Shown: positions 8,061 to 17,375 of the stretch, in pieces | Numbering within the stretch: the stretch's first letter is position 1 | Layout of the letters: each line of letters starts with the position of its first letter | Source of the DNA: Deltaproteobacteria bacterium | Lineage (GTDB): Bacteria; Myxococcota_A; Polyangia; Fen-1088 | Length of the DNA: 64,000 bases | NCBI GenBank assembly: GCA_033763315.1 | Contig: JANRKS010000023.1 | Location: forward strand, 1-64,000 | Direction: 5' to 3' | The notes under the pieces: model-generated | Seen by the model: the letters and a program-made list of their open reading frames with translations, nothing else | Told to the model about the DNA's origin: nothing | Databases searched by the model: none | Position numbers and translations under genes: made by a program

Positions 8061-8693
8061 GTGACGGCATCGCCTTTATTCATTGTTCTTGAGGGAATCG
8101 ACGGCTCGGGCACCACCACCCAAGCCGAGCGGTTGTTGGCTCACCTGCGTGGGCGTGGTCGGCAGGTCAGCGGCACCCGCGAGCCATCGACGGGGCCTGT
8201 GGGCAAACTGATTCGCGAGATTCTCTTGGGTGGTCATGCACCTGCCCCAGGGTCGAGCGTGCACGGCGACACGATGGCTTTGCTGTTCGCCGCCGATCGC
8301 CGGGATCACCTGCAGCGGGAAATCGAACCAGCGCTTGCCGCGGGCACCGATGTGGTTTCGGATCGTTATGTCTGGTCCTCGTTGGCGTACCAGGCACAAG
8401 AAGCCGATTTGCCGTGGGTTCGCGGTTTGGCGCGAAGCCTCAGGGAACCCGATCTGACCTTGCTGATCGATTTGCCGATCGAAGAGGCCGCGCGCCGACG
8501 GGCTCTGGCGGGGCGTCCGGTCGAACGCTACGACGCCGACAGTTACTTGGCCAAAGTGGCGGCACACTACCGCAAGCTGGCGGCGGAAGATCCCCAAGCG
8601 GTTGTCATCGACGGCAGGCCAAATCTTGACGACGTGACCCAACTTATCTGCAACGCCGTCGACAACCTGCTGGCTGCCCGAGGAGAACGATAA
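8061..8693 (+). CDS. tmk: Thymidylate kinase
   Basis: FIVLEGIDGSGTTTQ, TREP, LLFAADR and VSDRY motifs. Confidence 0.96.
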   Translation: MTASPLFIVLEGIDGSGTTTQAERLLAHLRGRGRQVSGTREPSTGPVGKLIREILLGGHAPAPGSSVHGDTMALLFAADRRDHLQREIEPALAAGTDVVSDRYVWSSLAYQAQEADLPWVRGLARSLREPDLTLLIDLPIEEAARRRALAGRPVERYDADSYLAKVAAHYRKLAAEDPQAVVIDGRPNLDDVTQLICNAVDNLLAARGER

Positions 8694-9257
8694 ATGCGTC
8701 CGTCATTCCTTCGTTTGTTCGTGCTTTGTGCGGTCACTTCGATCGCGGCCTGCGCTCATTCGCCTTCGCCCGCCGAGGAAGGGTTGGCCGCCTCAAACGA
8801 AGCGCCCACAGCTGTGGCACAAGACGAAGCGGTGGCTGGCACGCCCATGCCCGCGGTGGCGGCTGAAAGCGGACCCGCCAAGCAACCACAAGAGCGGTGC
8901 CTGTCTTTGGTCGGCGAGCAAAAGATAAAGCGATCGGCGGTGGACGAGGTGGTGGCGGCGGGGCTTGGCCATTGGCTGCAAGGCGTTCAACTCGACCGCG
9001 TGCTCGAGGGGCGAAAGTTCAAAGGCTGGAAGATCGGCGTCCTTCATTTGGAGAACCCCTGCTATGCGGCGGTTGACCTGCGGCCGGGCGACATCGTCAC
9101 GGCCATCAACGGCAAAGGCCCCAAGCAGCTGGAGCGCCCCGAAACGGCGCAGGAGATCTTCGCCAGCCTTAAGAAATCACCCGCCATCGAAGTGAACTAC
9201 ATCCGGGCGGGTGAACCGCGCGTGTTGCGGTTCGACATCGTAAACACAGGGCCTTAG
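8694..9257 (+). CDS. Lipoprotein with a C-terminal PDZ-like domain
   Basis: Lipobox IAAC; DLRPGDIVTAING; starts immediately after tmk. Confidence 0.8.
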   Translation: MRPSFLRLFVLCAVTSIAACAHSPSPAEEGLAASNEAPTAVAQDEAVAGTPMPAVAAESGPAKQPQERCLSLVGEQKIKRSAVDEVVAAGLGHWLQGVQLDRVLEGRKFKGWKIGVLHLENPCYAAVDLRPGDIVTAINGKGPKQLERPETAQEIFASLKKSPAIEVNYIRAGEPRVLRFDIVNTGP

Positions 9258-9274
9258 GAGCCAGGCGCATCCGT

Positions 9275-10138
9275 ATGATCAATTCGCCTTCCGAAAACAC
9301 CGCCACATCCCTGCCCCGCATCCAGTTTGTTTTGCGGGAGCGCGGCGATGACGGCGGTCGCACGCCGCTGGCTGTGGTGGCCATCATGAATGACCGCACG
9401 GTGTTCATTCCGGCGTCCTTGCCGTGTGGCCAATGTGGTCCGTGCCGCCGCGCCTTGGTGTCTTCGTGTGTGGCCCGCGTGCAGTGGCTGGGCCTTGATT
9501 TGCAGCCCCTGCTGCCAATTTCAGATCGCTTTGCTTACGCCTTCGATCCGCACATCCTGGCGCCGCGGCTTGCGCCATGGGCAGCGCTGCTCCTGCCGTG
9601 GCTCGAAGCGATGGGCCGCGCTGGTTTGGGAACGGGCGACCTTTCGTTTTGGCTGGGTGACAACCACACGGTTCTGCTGGGTGCTTTCTTGGCCACCGCT
9701 CGTGGCAGCCGTGCGGTGGTGTCTGGCCCGCCCTGGGTGCGGGATGCGCTTGCCGGATTGAGCGACGTCCCCCACGAAGGGCGGCCTTCGTTCGCATCTG
9801 TGGACCAATTGGATAACCAAGCGTTGGCCGCACAGACGAACGCACCCAGTGGCTTCATTGAGCGACACATCTACACCGCTGGCGACGATTCCGTGCTGTG
9901 GTCTGCGGCGGGCGCTTTGCTACAGCCTGGGACGACCTTGGTCGCCTTTGGCGGTTTGCCCGCTTTGGCAGGCCTGCCGGCCGACGCGCGGATCATTACG
10001 CTGGGTGAACACGCCAACCCGGATTTTGCGCCCGAAGCGCTGGCGGCGTTGGCACGCGACCCATCGCTTGCCACAGTGTGCGCGGCGTTGGGCGCGTCAG
10101 GAACGTACGACGTCTGGCCCCACGAGGCACAGGCCTAA
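9275..10138 (+). CDS. Degenerate zinc-binding alcohol dehydrogenase (MDR)-like protein
   Basis: Structural Zn motif CGQCGPC-x7-C is retained; no GHE motif or GxGxxG is recognisable. Confidence 0.6.
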   Translation: MINSPSENTATSLPRIQFVLRERGDDGGRTPLAVVAIMNDRTVFIPASLPCGQCGPCRRALVSSCVARVQWLGLDLQPLLPISDRFAYAFDPHILAPRLAPWAALLLPWLEAMGRAGLGTGDLSFWLGDNHTVLLGAFLATARGSRAVVSGPPWVRDALAGLSDVPHEGRPSFASVDQLDNQALAAQTNAPSGFIERHIYTAGDDSVLWSAAGALLQPGTTLVAFGGLPALAGLPADARIITLGEHANPDFAPEALAALARDPSLATVCAALGASGTYDVWPHEAQA

Positions 10139-10169
10139 CACCAGCGTAGGGCAGGCAAACAAAAGCGCC

Positions 10170-12089
10170 TTAGCGCTTGGTTGATTTGGCGAGCTTCTTC
10201 TTGGCTGCCGCTTTCGCCTTCGCCTTGACCGGCGCTTTGGGCTCGGGCTCGGTGGGCTCAGGCGCCGCAGCCGCCGCCGGGGCGGCGGCGGGGGGCGCTG
10301 GAGGTGGCGCGGGCGGGGGCGGCGCAGCCGCGGGAGCCGGAGCAGCCGCGGCGGGTGCTGCGGCTGCGGGCGCCGGCATCTCTTTTTTCTTGCCGCCCAT
10401 CAAGAGCACGGCCGCCAACACGGCGATGACGACGGCCACGCCCACACCGATGATGACGCCCATTTTGCGGCCAGGAGCGAGCTCCCCGGCCATCTCCTCT
10501 TCGGACATCTTCTCGCCCGGCACGAACTTGCCCACCGTGGGCAGGGCCGTGGCCGTGCCACCGGTGCGAAGCGAGAACTTCTTGCGATCATCGGTGCTAA
10601 CCGATCCGTCGTCGACGTAGCGATCTTCGATTGGGCGAATGTCTTCGGGCGCTTCTAACTTCTCAGGCGCGCCGCCAGCCGCCGCCACTTTGGCTTTGGC
10701 GTCGGCCACCATTTGCTCAACATCGCCCTTCTTGAACCACAGCGTTTCGCGAAACGCTGCGCCTTTGCCACCAGCGGCGCCCGTGGCTGCCGCCGCCGAA
10801 GGAGCGGCCGCGGGTTTTGCGATGGGCATCACAGGCGCTTGTGGCGCTTCCAAAGGGTTCGGCGTCACAGGAGGCGGCGTGAGCCGAGGCGCCTGCGCCG
10901 CGGAGCCATCCGCCGCTTGTGGGACCCGAGCGGCCGGCGCCGGTGCCGCGGCAACAGGCGATGGGGTTGGCATCACCACCGGTGATGGAGTTGGCACAAC
11001 CACCGGAGGAGGCGTGGGCGCAGGCGCAGGCGCTGCAACCGGTGCAGGTCCACCTTGGGCCGCCTGACGTTGGGCAATCGCCTTTTGCACCATCTGTTGC
11101 ACCTCGGCTTGCCCGCCGGCGAACAACATCGTCTTTGCGAAGCCCACACCACCGGCGTCGGTCTTGCCTGCCACAGCCGCTGGAGCGGCCACCGTTAGCG
11201 AATCAACCTCGTTCAGGAACAGCCGCAAAGTGAGAGGTCGCTTGCTGGAGTTCTTGTCCAAGGCCTTGAGCACCACCCGATCGACGTCGGGGCCCAAGCT
11301 GGCTTCGGGCCGTCGCTGGCTGGGCGCCAACGGCAGGCTTGAGGCGTGCAGCTCGAAGATGGCCTTCGGATCGGTTCCGGCAAACGGAGGCTCGCCTGTG
11401 ATCAGGTGATAAAAGATGCACGCCAAGCTGTACGTGTTGGACCGCTGATCCACCGGCTTGCCTTGGGCCTGCTCGGGGCTGGCATATTCTGCAACGCCAG
11501 CCAGCTTATCGTCCACCGGCACCGCCAGCGCGAAGTTGCCAATTTTCACTTGGCCCGCGCTGTCGATCAGGATGTTCTTGGGTGCCAAATCGCGGTGAAC
11601 CAGCCCCGCTTTTTGCGCCTCCAAAAGGCCCTCGCCGATCTGGGCCAACAGTTGTTTGGCCGCCTGAAGTGGCATCGCCCCGCGGCGAAGCACGGTGGCC
11701 AATGTTTCGCTGCCGCTCACCAGTTCGTTGGCGGAGTACACGCGGCCATCGGGAAGCTTGCCCACATCCAGCACCCGAACCACGTGGGCGTTATCCACAC
11801 GCATCAGCTGGCGGAGCTCGCGATCCACCCGACCGGCGGTCACCGGGTTCGCCATCATCGTGGCGTCGAGGATCTTCAGCGCCACGGTGGCGCCCGTTTG
11901 CGAGTCCAGCGCCCGCCAGACCTCGCCGGTGCGACCGCCGCCTATGCGCTCTTGGGGAACGAAGCGACCCTTTGCCGCCCCGCCAGCCATCTCCAGACGC
12001 CGCGGACCATCGTCGGTCGCGCATGCCTCTTCTGGGCAGAAATTGGCTTCATCCTCGTACGTTTTCTTGCAGTTGGGACAGATCTTCAT
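10170..12089 (-). CDS. Membrane-anchored Ser/Thr protein kinase-like protein (probable pseudokinase)
   Basis: N-terminal CxxC zinc ribbon, IGGGRTGEV, VALK, HRDLAPKN, NFA in place of DFG, YASPEQ, Pro/Ala linker and a C-terminal TM helix. Confidence 0.9.
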   Translation of the reverse strand: MKICPNCKKTYEDEANFCPEEACATDDGPRRLEMAGGAAKGRFVPQERIGGGRTGEVWRALDSQTGATVALKILDATMMANPVTAGRVDRELRQLMRVDNAHVVRVLDVGKLPDGRVYSANELVSGSETLATVLRRGAMPLQAAKQLLAQIGEGLLEAQKAGLVHRDLAPKNILIDSAGQVKIGNFALAVPVDDKLAGVAEYASPEQAQGKPVDQRSNTYSLACIFYHLITGEPPFAGTDPKAIFELHASSLPLAPSQRRPEASLGPDVDRVVLKALDKNSSKRPLTLRLFLNEVDSLTVAAPAAVAGKTDAGGVGFAKTMLFAGGQAEVQQMVQKAIAQRQAAQGGPAPVAAPAPAPTPPPVVVPTPSPVVMPTPSPVAAAPAPAARVPQAADGSAAQAPRLTPPPVTPNPLEAPQAPVMPIAKPAAAPSAAAATGAAGGKGAAFRETLWFKKGDVEQMVADAKAKVAAAGGAPEKLEAPEDIRPIEDRYVDDGSVSTDDRKKFSLRTGGTATALPTVGKFVPGEKMSEEEMAGELAPGRKMGVIIGVGVAVVIAVLAAVLLMGGKKKEMPAPAAAAPAAAAPAPAAAPPPPAPPPAPPAAAPAAAAAPEPTEPEPKAPVKAKAKAAAKKKLAKSTKR

Positions 12090-12159
12090 CCGGCTGTTGC
12101 CTCGCGAGGTCTGGGTGGTGGCTGCGGCACAAATACCTGCCACGACCGAGAGCGTGGTC

Positions 12160-12188
12160 ATTTTATGCATAGCGGAAACGGAGATCAA
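12160..12188 (-). promoter_or_regulatory. sigma70-type promoter for the kinase gene
   Basis: TTGATC-17 nt-TAAAAT on the minus strand, 70 nt upstream of ATG 12089. Confidence 0.65.
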
Positions 12189-12275
12189 TCTTCCGTATGA
12201 GCCCTTCGCATTTCGCCGCGTCGAAATGTGCGAGGTCGGTTGCGCCCGAAGCCTAGAAAAAGCGTGTGAACAACG

Positions 12276-12310
12276 ACAAAAGGCGCCCAGGGAAAAACCC
12301 TAAACGCCTT
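12276..12310 (-). terminator. Probable intrinsic terminator after the small basic ORF
   Basis: AAGGCGTTTAGGG-TTTTT-CCCTGGGCGCCTT stem (the G-U pairs work only on the minus strand) with a short U-rich tail. Confidence 0.55.
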
Positions 12311-12405
12311 GTTGTTATTTTGCGCACCGAGGCCGCAGGATCGAACCAAAGTGCCGTCGGATGAGAAGTCGCGGCTGCCTGGTGGCGTGCCGCCGCTGGG
12401 CCGAA

Positions 12406-12561
12406 TTACTTCTTTACGGCTTGGCCGGGCTCGCCACAAGCAGCGAAGAGCTGGTCCAACGAGGGCGTAGAGTTGCGCGCGTCGCGGTTCTTGCGCTTGC
12501 GGCCGGCCTTGCTGCGGCGGGCGTCGCGACGGTTCCAGGTTTTTGCTGTGTTAGAAGCCAT
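12406..12561 (-). CDS. 51-aa Arg/Lys-rich small protein
   Basis: MASNTAKTWNRRDARRSKAGRKRKNRDARNSTPSLDQLFAACGEPGQAVKK*; it fills the gap after rel and has a promoter and a terminator. Not in the ORF track. Confidence 0.75.
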   Translation of the reverse strand: MASNTAKTWNRRDARRSKAGRKRKNRDARNSTPSLDQLFAACGEPGQAVKK

Positions 12562-12570
12562 GGGAGCGCT

Positions 12571-12599
12571 CGTTTACCAGGGCTTGCCGCAAAGGTCAA
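12571..12599 (-). promoter_or_regulatory. Candidate promoter of the small basic ORF
   Basis: TTGACC-17 nt-TAAACG with an extended TG, ending 9 nt before the ATG. Confidence 0.5.
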
Positions 12600-12654
12600 C
12601 GACAACACAGCGCTTTTCGCGCCGTTAGCCTGCACTTTGCGCTGCTTTGGCCCT

Positions 12655-14853
12655 TCATGCTTTCGCTTGGGCCACCCGGTCCACCGAGATCACGCCCTCC
12701 ACGGCGAACAGGGCGCGCGACAGATTTTTCAGTTGCTGGGTGTGGCTCAGGTTCACCTGAAAGGTGTTGATGCCCTTGTCGTCGCTGGTTCGGCATTTTG
12801 CCTGAGCGATGTTCAGCTCTTGCTCTTGGAACACCTTGGACAGATTCGCCAAGATGCCGGGCCGGTTTGACGTGACGACTTCCACCGAAACCGGCCGATG
12901 AACCGTCACGGCCTCGTCCCAGCTGACGTCCACGCGGCGCGCGGGATCGAGGTCCATGGCTTTGGGGCAATCCCGCAGGTGCACCATGACTGAACGACCC
13001 CGGGTGGTGAAGGCCGTGATCGGATCGCCCGGAATCGGGCTGCAGCATTTGGCAAAGCGAACCGTCACATCCGCTTCACCTTGCACATTCACGCCGCCCA
13101 CGGAACGACGCGGAGGCCGGCTGCGGGCCACAGCGATGGTGTGGGGTTCGGCTGCTTCGGGATCTTCCGCCATGATCTCGGCGTTGGCGCCCGGGAACAT
13201 CACCCGTGCCACCAAATCCACAGGCTGCTTTTGGTAGCCGATCAAAAGCAGCAGATCTTCTGCCGTGCCGGCCCGCAGCTGCCTTGCCGCCGATTCCAGG
13301 CGCCCTTCTTTTTCGGCCGTGGCCAGGTCGCGGTCCATGGATCGCAACTCGCGTGCGAGCAGATCCCGGCCGTATTGTTTGCTGCGATCCCGCTGCGACA
13401 CCACCAGGTGATGGCGCACCCGCGCTTTGGCGCGGCTCGTGACCACAAACTTCAACCATTCCTTCGCCGGCTTCTGCTTGTCGGCGGTGAGAATTTCAAC
13501 GGTGTCGCCGTTGCGCAAAACGTAGCGCAAAGGAACGATAATGCCGTTGATGCGCGCGCCTGAACAGTGATCGCCCACCTTGGTGTGCACCGAATAAGCG
13601 AAATCGATCGGTGTTGAGCCTTTGGGTAAAGCTTTCACGTCACCGTTCGGGGTGAACACGAAAACCTCTTCCTCAAACAGATCCGTTTTCACCGTTTCGA
13701 TGAACTCGGTGGGATCTTTGAGATCGCGTTGCCACTCCATCAGTTGCGCAAGCCAGGCGAAGGCTTTGCTATCCGTGCTTTTGAGCTGAACGGAATCCTT
13801 GTGGCGCCAGTGCGCCGCGATCCCAAACTGCGCCGTTCGATCCATCTCTTGCGTGCGGATTTGCACCTCGATGCGTTCTGAACGCGGGCCGATCGCGGTG
13901 GTGTGCAGCGACTGGTAGAGGTTTGGCTTGGGCAGCGCGATGTAATCTTTGAAACGGCCCGGGATGGGGGTCCAGCGGGTGTGAACGGCGCCGAGCGTGG
14001 CGTAACAATCGCGGACTGAGTTGGTGACGATGCGAAACGAGACGATGTCGAAGACGTGGTCTGGCTCTTGGCCGGACTTGCGCGTCTTCTTAAACAACGA
14101 CCACATGTGCTTGGTGTGGCCGGTCACCTCGGCTTCGATGCCCTCTTCTTCCATCGCCTCACGGATGTGGCGGCACACTTCAGCCACGTAGGCGGCGCGC
14201 GCGTCCTGAGTGGCCGCCAGGCGATCGGAGATCTGCTGGTACTCCTGTGGTTCCAGATACTTGAAGCACAGATCTTCAAGTTCTGATTTCATCCACTGGA
14301 TGCCCAAACGGTTGGCCAAGGGCCCGTAAATCTCGCGTGTTTCAAGGGCGATGCGCTCTTGCTTCTCGCGCGACATATGCCCCAGCGTGCGCATGTTGTC
14401 GGTGCGATCGGCGAGCTTGATCAACACCACGCGGATGTCGCGCGCCATGGCCAGCAACATCTTCCGGAAGTTTTCAGCTTGGCGCTCCTCGCGGCTACTC
14501 CATGGCACTTGCCCAAGCTTGGTGACGCCTTCAACCAGCATCTGCACTTCGGCGCCAAACAAGTCGCGGATCTCGTCGGTGGTGGCGCCCGTGTCCTCAA
14601 TCGTGTCGTGAAGCAGCCCGGCACACACCGCGGCTTGATCGAGATGCAGATCAGCGATGGTGCGCGCAACCGCCAACGGATGCACAACGTAAGGCTCACC
14701 TGAGCGCCTCACTTGCCCCGCGTGGTGGTGAGCGGCGTATTCGAAGCAACGTTCAATCACCGCAAAGTCGGCACCCGGATCCATGCGCACGACGCTTTCG
14801 CGAAGAGCGGCGAGTCCCGCAGCGGTGTCGTTCTTAGGGGCGGCGTTTTCCAT
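12655..14853 (-). CDS. rel: Long RelA/SpoT homolog ((p)ppGpp synthetase/hydrolase)
   Basis: HD domain (RRSGEPYVVHP, LLHDTIED), KDYIALPKPNLYQSLHT, EVQIRT, TGS (TPIDFAYSVHT), AKCC and a C-terminal ACT domain. Confidence 0.96.
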   Translation of the reverse strand: MENAAPKNDTAAGLAALRESVVRMDPGADFAVIERCFEYAAHHHAGQVRRSGEPYVVHPLAVARTIADLHLDQAAVCAGLLHDTIEDTGATTDEIRDLFGAEVQMLVEGVTKLGQVPWSSREERQAENFRKMLLAMARDIRVVLIKLADRTDNMRTLGHMSREKQERIALETREIYGPLANRLGIQWMKSELEDLCFKYLEPQEYQQISDRLAATQDARAAYVAEVCRHIREAMEEEGIEAEVTGHTKHMWSLFKKTRKSGQEPDHVFDIVSFRIVTNSVRDCYATLGAVHTRWTPIPGRFKDYIALPKPNLYQSLHTTAIGPRSERIEVQIRTQEMDRTAQFGIAAHWRHKDSVQLKSTDSKAFAWLAQLMEWQRDLKDPTEFIETVKTDLFEEEVFVFTPNGDVKALPKGSTPIDFAYSVHTKVGDHCSGARINGIIVPLRYVLRNGDTVEILTADKQKPAKEWLKFVVTSRAKARVRHHLVVSQRDRSKQYGRDLLARELRSMDRDLATAEKEGRLESAARQLRAGTAEDLLLLIGYQKQPVDLVARVMFPGANAEIMAEDPEAAEPHTIAVARSRPPRRSVGGVNVQGEADVTVRFAKCCSPIPGDPITAFTTRGRSVMVHLRDCPKAMDLDPARRVDVSWDEAVTVHRPVSVEVVTSNRPGILANLSKVFQEQELNIAQAKCRTSDDKGINTFQVNLSHTQQLKNLSRALFAVEGVISVDRVAQAKA

Positions 14854-14890
14854 AAAGGGGAGCGAGCAACTAAGCGGTTAAGATTTAAGC

Positions 14891-15526
14891 CTAATCTTGA
14901 CCAAAGGCTTCCGCCAGCAGCGCCTGGGCGCGCGGCTCGTTGCGCGATCGGGCACAACGGGCGGCCTGGTAGATGGATGACAGTTCGGCGTAAGCGGTTT
15001 CAAGCTCTTCGTTGACCACGAGGTAATCGTACGTTTTGTAGTGGGCCAGTTCCTTCTTTGCCATCGCCAGCCGTGATTCAATTGCCTCGGCGCTTTCGGT
15101 GCCGCGGCTGCGTAAACGCCGTTCCAGTTCAGCCAATGAAGGCGGCAAAATGAAGCACAACACGCTGTCGTCGGGCCACTGTTGGCGGATTTGGCGGCCG
15201 CCTTGGTAATCGATGTCGAACAGACAATCGACGCCCTTTTCAATGGCTTCATTCACGGTTGAGATGGCGGTGCCATACCGGTTGCCGTGCACCACGGCCC
15301 ATTCCGCGAACAACTGGCTTTGCACCATGCGCGTGAACTCGTCGTCGCTCACGAAATGATAATCGACGCCGTCGCGCTCGCCGGGGCGCGGTTTGCGCGT
15401 GGTGTACGACACCGAGAAATGTAGGTTGTGGCTGCGCGCCAAACGATGCGCCAAGGTCGTCTTCCCCGCTCCCGAAGGAGAAGAGACCACCAATAAAATC
15501 CCGCGGCGAACAAACTTCATGCTCAT
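14891..15526 (-). CDS. gmk: Guanylate kinase
   Basis: SSPSGAGKTT, SYTTRKPRPGERDGVDYHF and HGNRYGT motifs. Confidence 0.97.
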   Translation of the reverse strand: MSMKFVRRGILLVVSSPSGAGKTTLAHRLARSHNLHFSVSYTTRKPRPGERDGVDYHFVSDDEFTRMVQSQLFAEWAVVHGNRYGTAISTVNEAIEKGVDCLFDIDYQGGRQIRQQWPDDSVLCFILPPSLAELERRLRSRGTESAEAIESRLAMAKKELAHYKTYDYLVVNEELETAYAELSSIYQAARCARSRNEPRAQALLAEAFGQD

Positions 15527-16404
15527 TCGATATTCTGCGCTTGCTCGCGAAGCTTCTCCAATTCAGCTTTCGCGTCTACGACCAAAGCACTGACATCGGC
15601 ATCCTGTGACTTTGACGCCAGTGTGTTGAACTCACGACCAATCTCTTGCAGCCAAAAGTCCATTCGACGCCCCACCCCGTCGGCGGCGTCTTGGCTGCCG
15701 CCATTGACGAGGCTGCCGAAGTGCTGCAGGTGGGTGCGTAGGCGCACCAGCTCTTCCGTCACATCTGCTCGATCGGCCATCATCGCCACTTCTTGAGCCA
15801 AACGTTGCGGGTCAACGCCCACGTCGCCCGCCAACGCGGCAACGCGCGTGGCAAGCCTTGAAGCCGCTCGTTCTGAAGCACCCGACGTCTTGGCAGCCAA
15901 GGCGTCCGCGATCTGCGACAGATGGGCCAAACGCTGCGACAGGTCAGCCTGAAGACTTTGGCCTTCGCGGCTGCGACTTTCCTCGAGAGCACAAAGGGCT
16001 GTTTGCACGACGGGCGCCAGTTGTTCCCAAATGAGGCGCGCCCGGCTGCCTCCGGGTTGGCTATCGCGCATTTGGGCGGCGAAAGCGGCCACCGTTGCCA
16101 GATCGGGTTTGCAAGCGACCCCCAAAGACTCGCCCAGGGCATTCACGGCCCGCGCCACGTCCAAGTACCAGGCATGATCGAAGCCCGCCATTTGTTTGGG
16201 CGCCACCTCGACGTGCAACGCCACCGAGCCACGCTTAAGCGCCGCGCGCACGGCTGCGAGCAAGGCGTTTTCAGTACCGCCGTCCAGATCGCGCGACCGC
16301 AGCTTGATGTCTAAGCTGCGGTGGTTCACCGTGCGCACTTCAACGGTGAGCTGCCCTTGGGGCAACTCGGCCGTCGCGCGGCCGAATCCGGTCATGCTTT
16401 TCAT
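15523..16404 (-). CDS. yicC: YicC/YloC-family endoribonuclease
   Basis: MKSMTGFGR, RTVNHRSLD, GRRMDFWLQEIGREFNT, LEKLREQAQNIE; ATGA overlaps on both sides. Confidence 0.95.
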   Translation of the reverse strand: MKSMTGFGRATAELPQGQLTVEVRTVNHRSLDIKLRSRDLDGGTENALLAAVRAALKRGSVALHVEVAPKQMAGFDHAWYLDVARAVNALGESLGVACKPDLATVAAFAAQMRDSQPGGSRARLIWEQLAPVVQTALCALEESRSREGQSLQADLSQRLAHLSQIADALAAKTSGASERAASRLATRVAALAGDVGVDPQRLAQEVAMMADRADVTEELVRLRTHLQHFGSLVNGGSQDAADGVGRRMDFWLQEIGREFNTLASKSQDADVSALVVDAKAELEKLREQAQNIE

Positions 16405-17339
16405 TGTTGTCCGCGGTACCACTGCACCGTGCGACGCAGGCCTTCTTGGAAGCTCACGCTTGCGGTGTAGCCCAACAACGTCTTCGCTTTTTGGATGTCG
16501 GCCAAGCTGTGCTTGATGTCGCCGGCCCGCGGCGCCTCGTGGCGCGCAACGAGAGGCTTGCCCAAGATCTGGCCCACCGACTCCACCACCTGCAACAAGG
16601 TTGTGGCTTCGCCGCACGCAATGTTGAACACCTGCCCCGAAACGTCGGGCGCGTCAGCGGCTTTCAGGTTGGCTTCAATGACGTTGTCGATGAAGCAAAA
16701 ATCGCGTGATTGCTGGCCATCACCGTAGATCACGGGCGATTCGTTGCGCAGAGCCGCGGTCACAAACTTTGGGACAACCGCGGCGTATTGCGACTGCGGA
16801 TCTTGGCGTGGCCCGAAGACGTTGAAGTAACGAAGCACCACCGTTTGCAGGCCGTAGCAGTTGGACCACACCTGGCAGTATTGCTCACCCGCCAACTTTG
16901 ACGCTGCGTAGGGCGACAACACCGAGCACGGCATCGACTCGATCTTGGGCAGCGTGGGCGTTTCGCCATAAGCCGACGACGACCCAGCGTAAACGACGCG
17001 GCGAACCTTCGCTGCCCGTGCGGCTTCAAGAACGTTCAACGTGCCCGTGGCGTTGGCTTCATGGCTTGGCACCGGTTCGGCGACCGACCGCGGGACGCTG
17101 GGGATAGCCGCCTCGTGATAAACGGTATCGACCCCCGCCATCGCGGTCACAAGCGCCTGTCGATCAAGCACGCTGGCCTCGATGAATTCAATCTGGCCGG
17201 CGATGTCGTCAACATTCGAGCGCTTGCCCGAAGAAAGGTTGTCGAAGATGCGAACACGGTCGCCTCGCGAAAGCAGGGCGCGCGCAATGGACGAGCCAAT
17301 AAAGCCCGCGCCGCCCGTGATGAGAAAGGTTCTTGCCAT
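16401..17339 (-). CDS. NAD-dependent sugar-nucleotide epimerase/dehydratase (extended SDR)
   Basis: TGGAGFIGS, YAASK and LRYFNVFGPRQDP motifs. Confidence 0.95.
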   Translation of the reverse strand: MARTFLITGGAGFIGSSIARALLSRGDRVRIFDNLSSGKRSNVDDIAGQIEFIEASVLDRQALVTAMAGVDTVYHEAAIPSVPRSVAEPVPSHEANATGTLNVLEAARAAKVRRVVYAGSSSAYGETPTLPKIESMPCSVLSPYAASKLAGEQYCQVWSNCYGLQTVVLRYFNVFGPRQDPQSQYAAVVPKFVTAALRNESPVIYGDGQQSRDFCFIDNVIEANLKAADAPDVSGQVFNIACGEATTLLQVVESVGQILGKPLVARHEAPRAGDIKHSLADIQKAKTLLGYTASVSFQEGLRRTVQWYRGQQ

Positions 17340-17375
17340 TATGGGGCAGACCGTAACATATGCGGCCGCGCGCGG

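Noticed and set aside
10250-11045. GC-rich repeats in the kinase gene as a DNA repeat array or CRISPR
   Set aside because: They are irregular and explained by Pro/Ala-rich linkers; there is no repeat-spacer periodicity.
14854-14890. Expected rpoZ between gmk and rel
   Set aside because: The gap is only 37 bp, so the gene is simply absent here; gene order variation is common.
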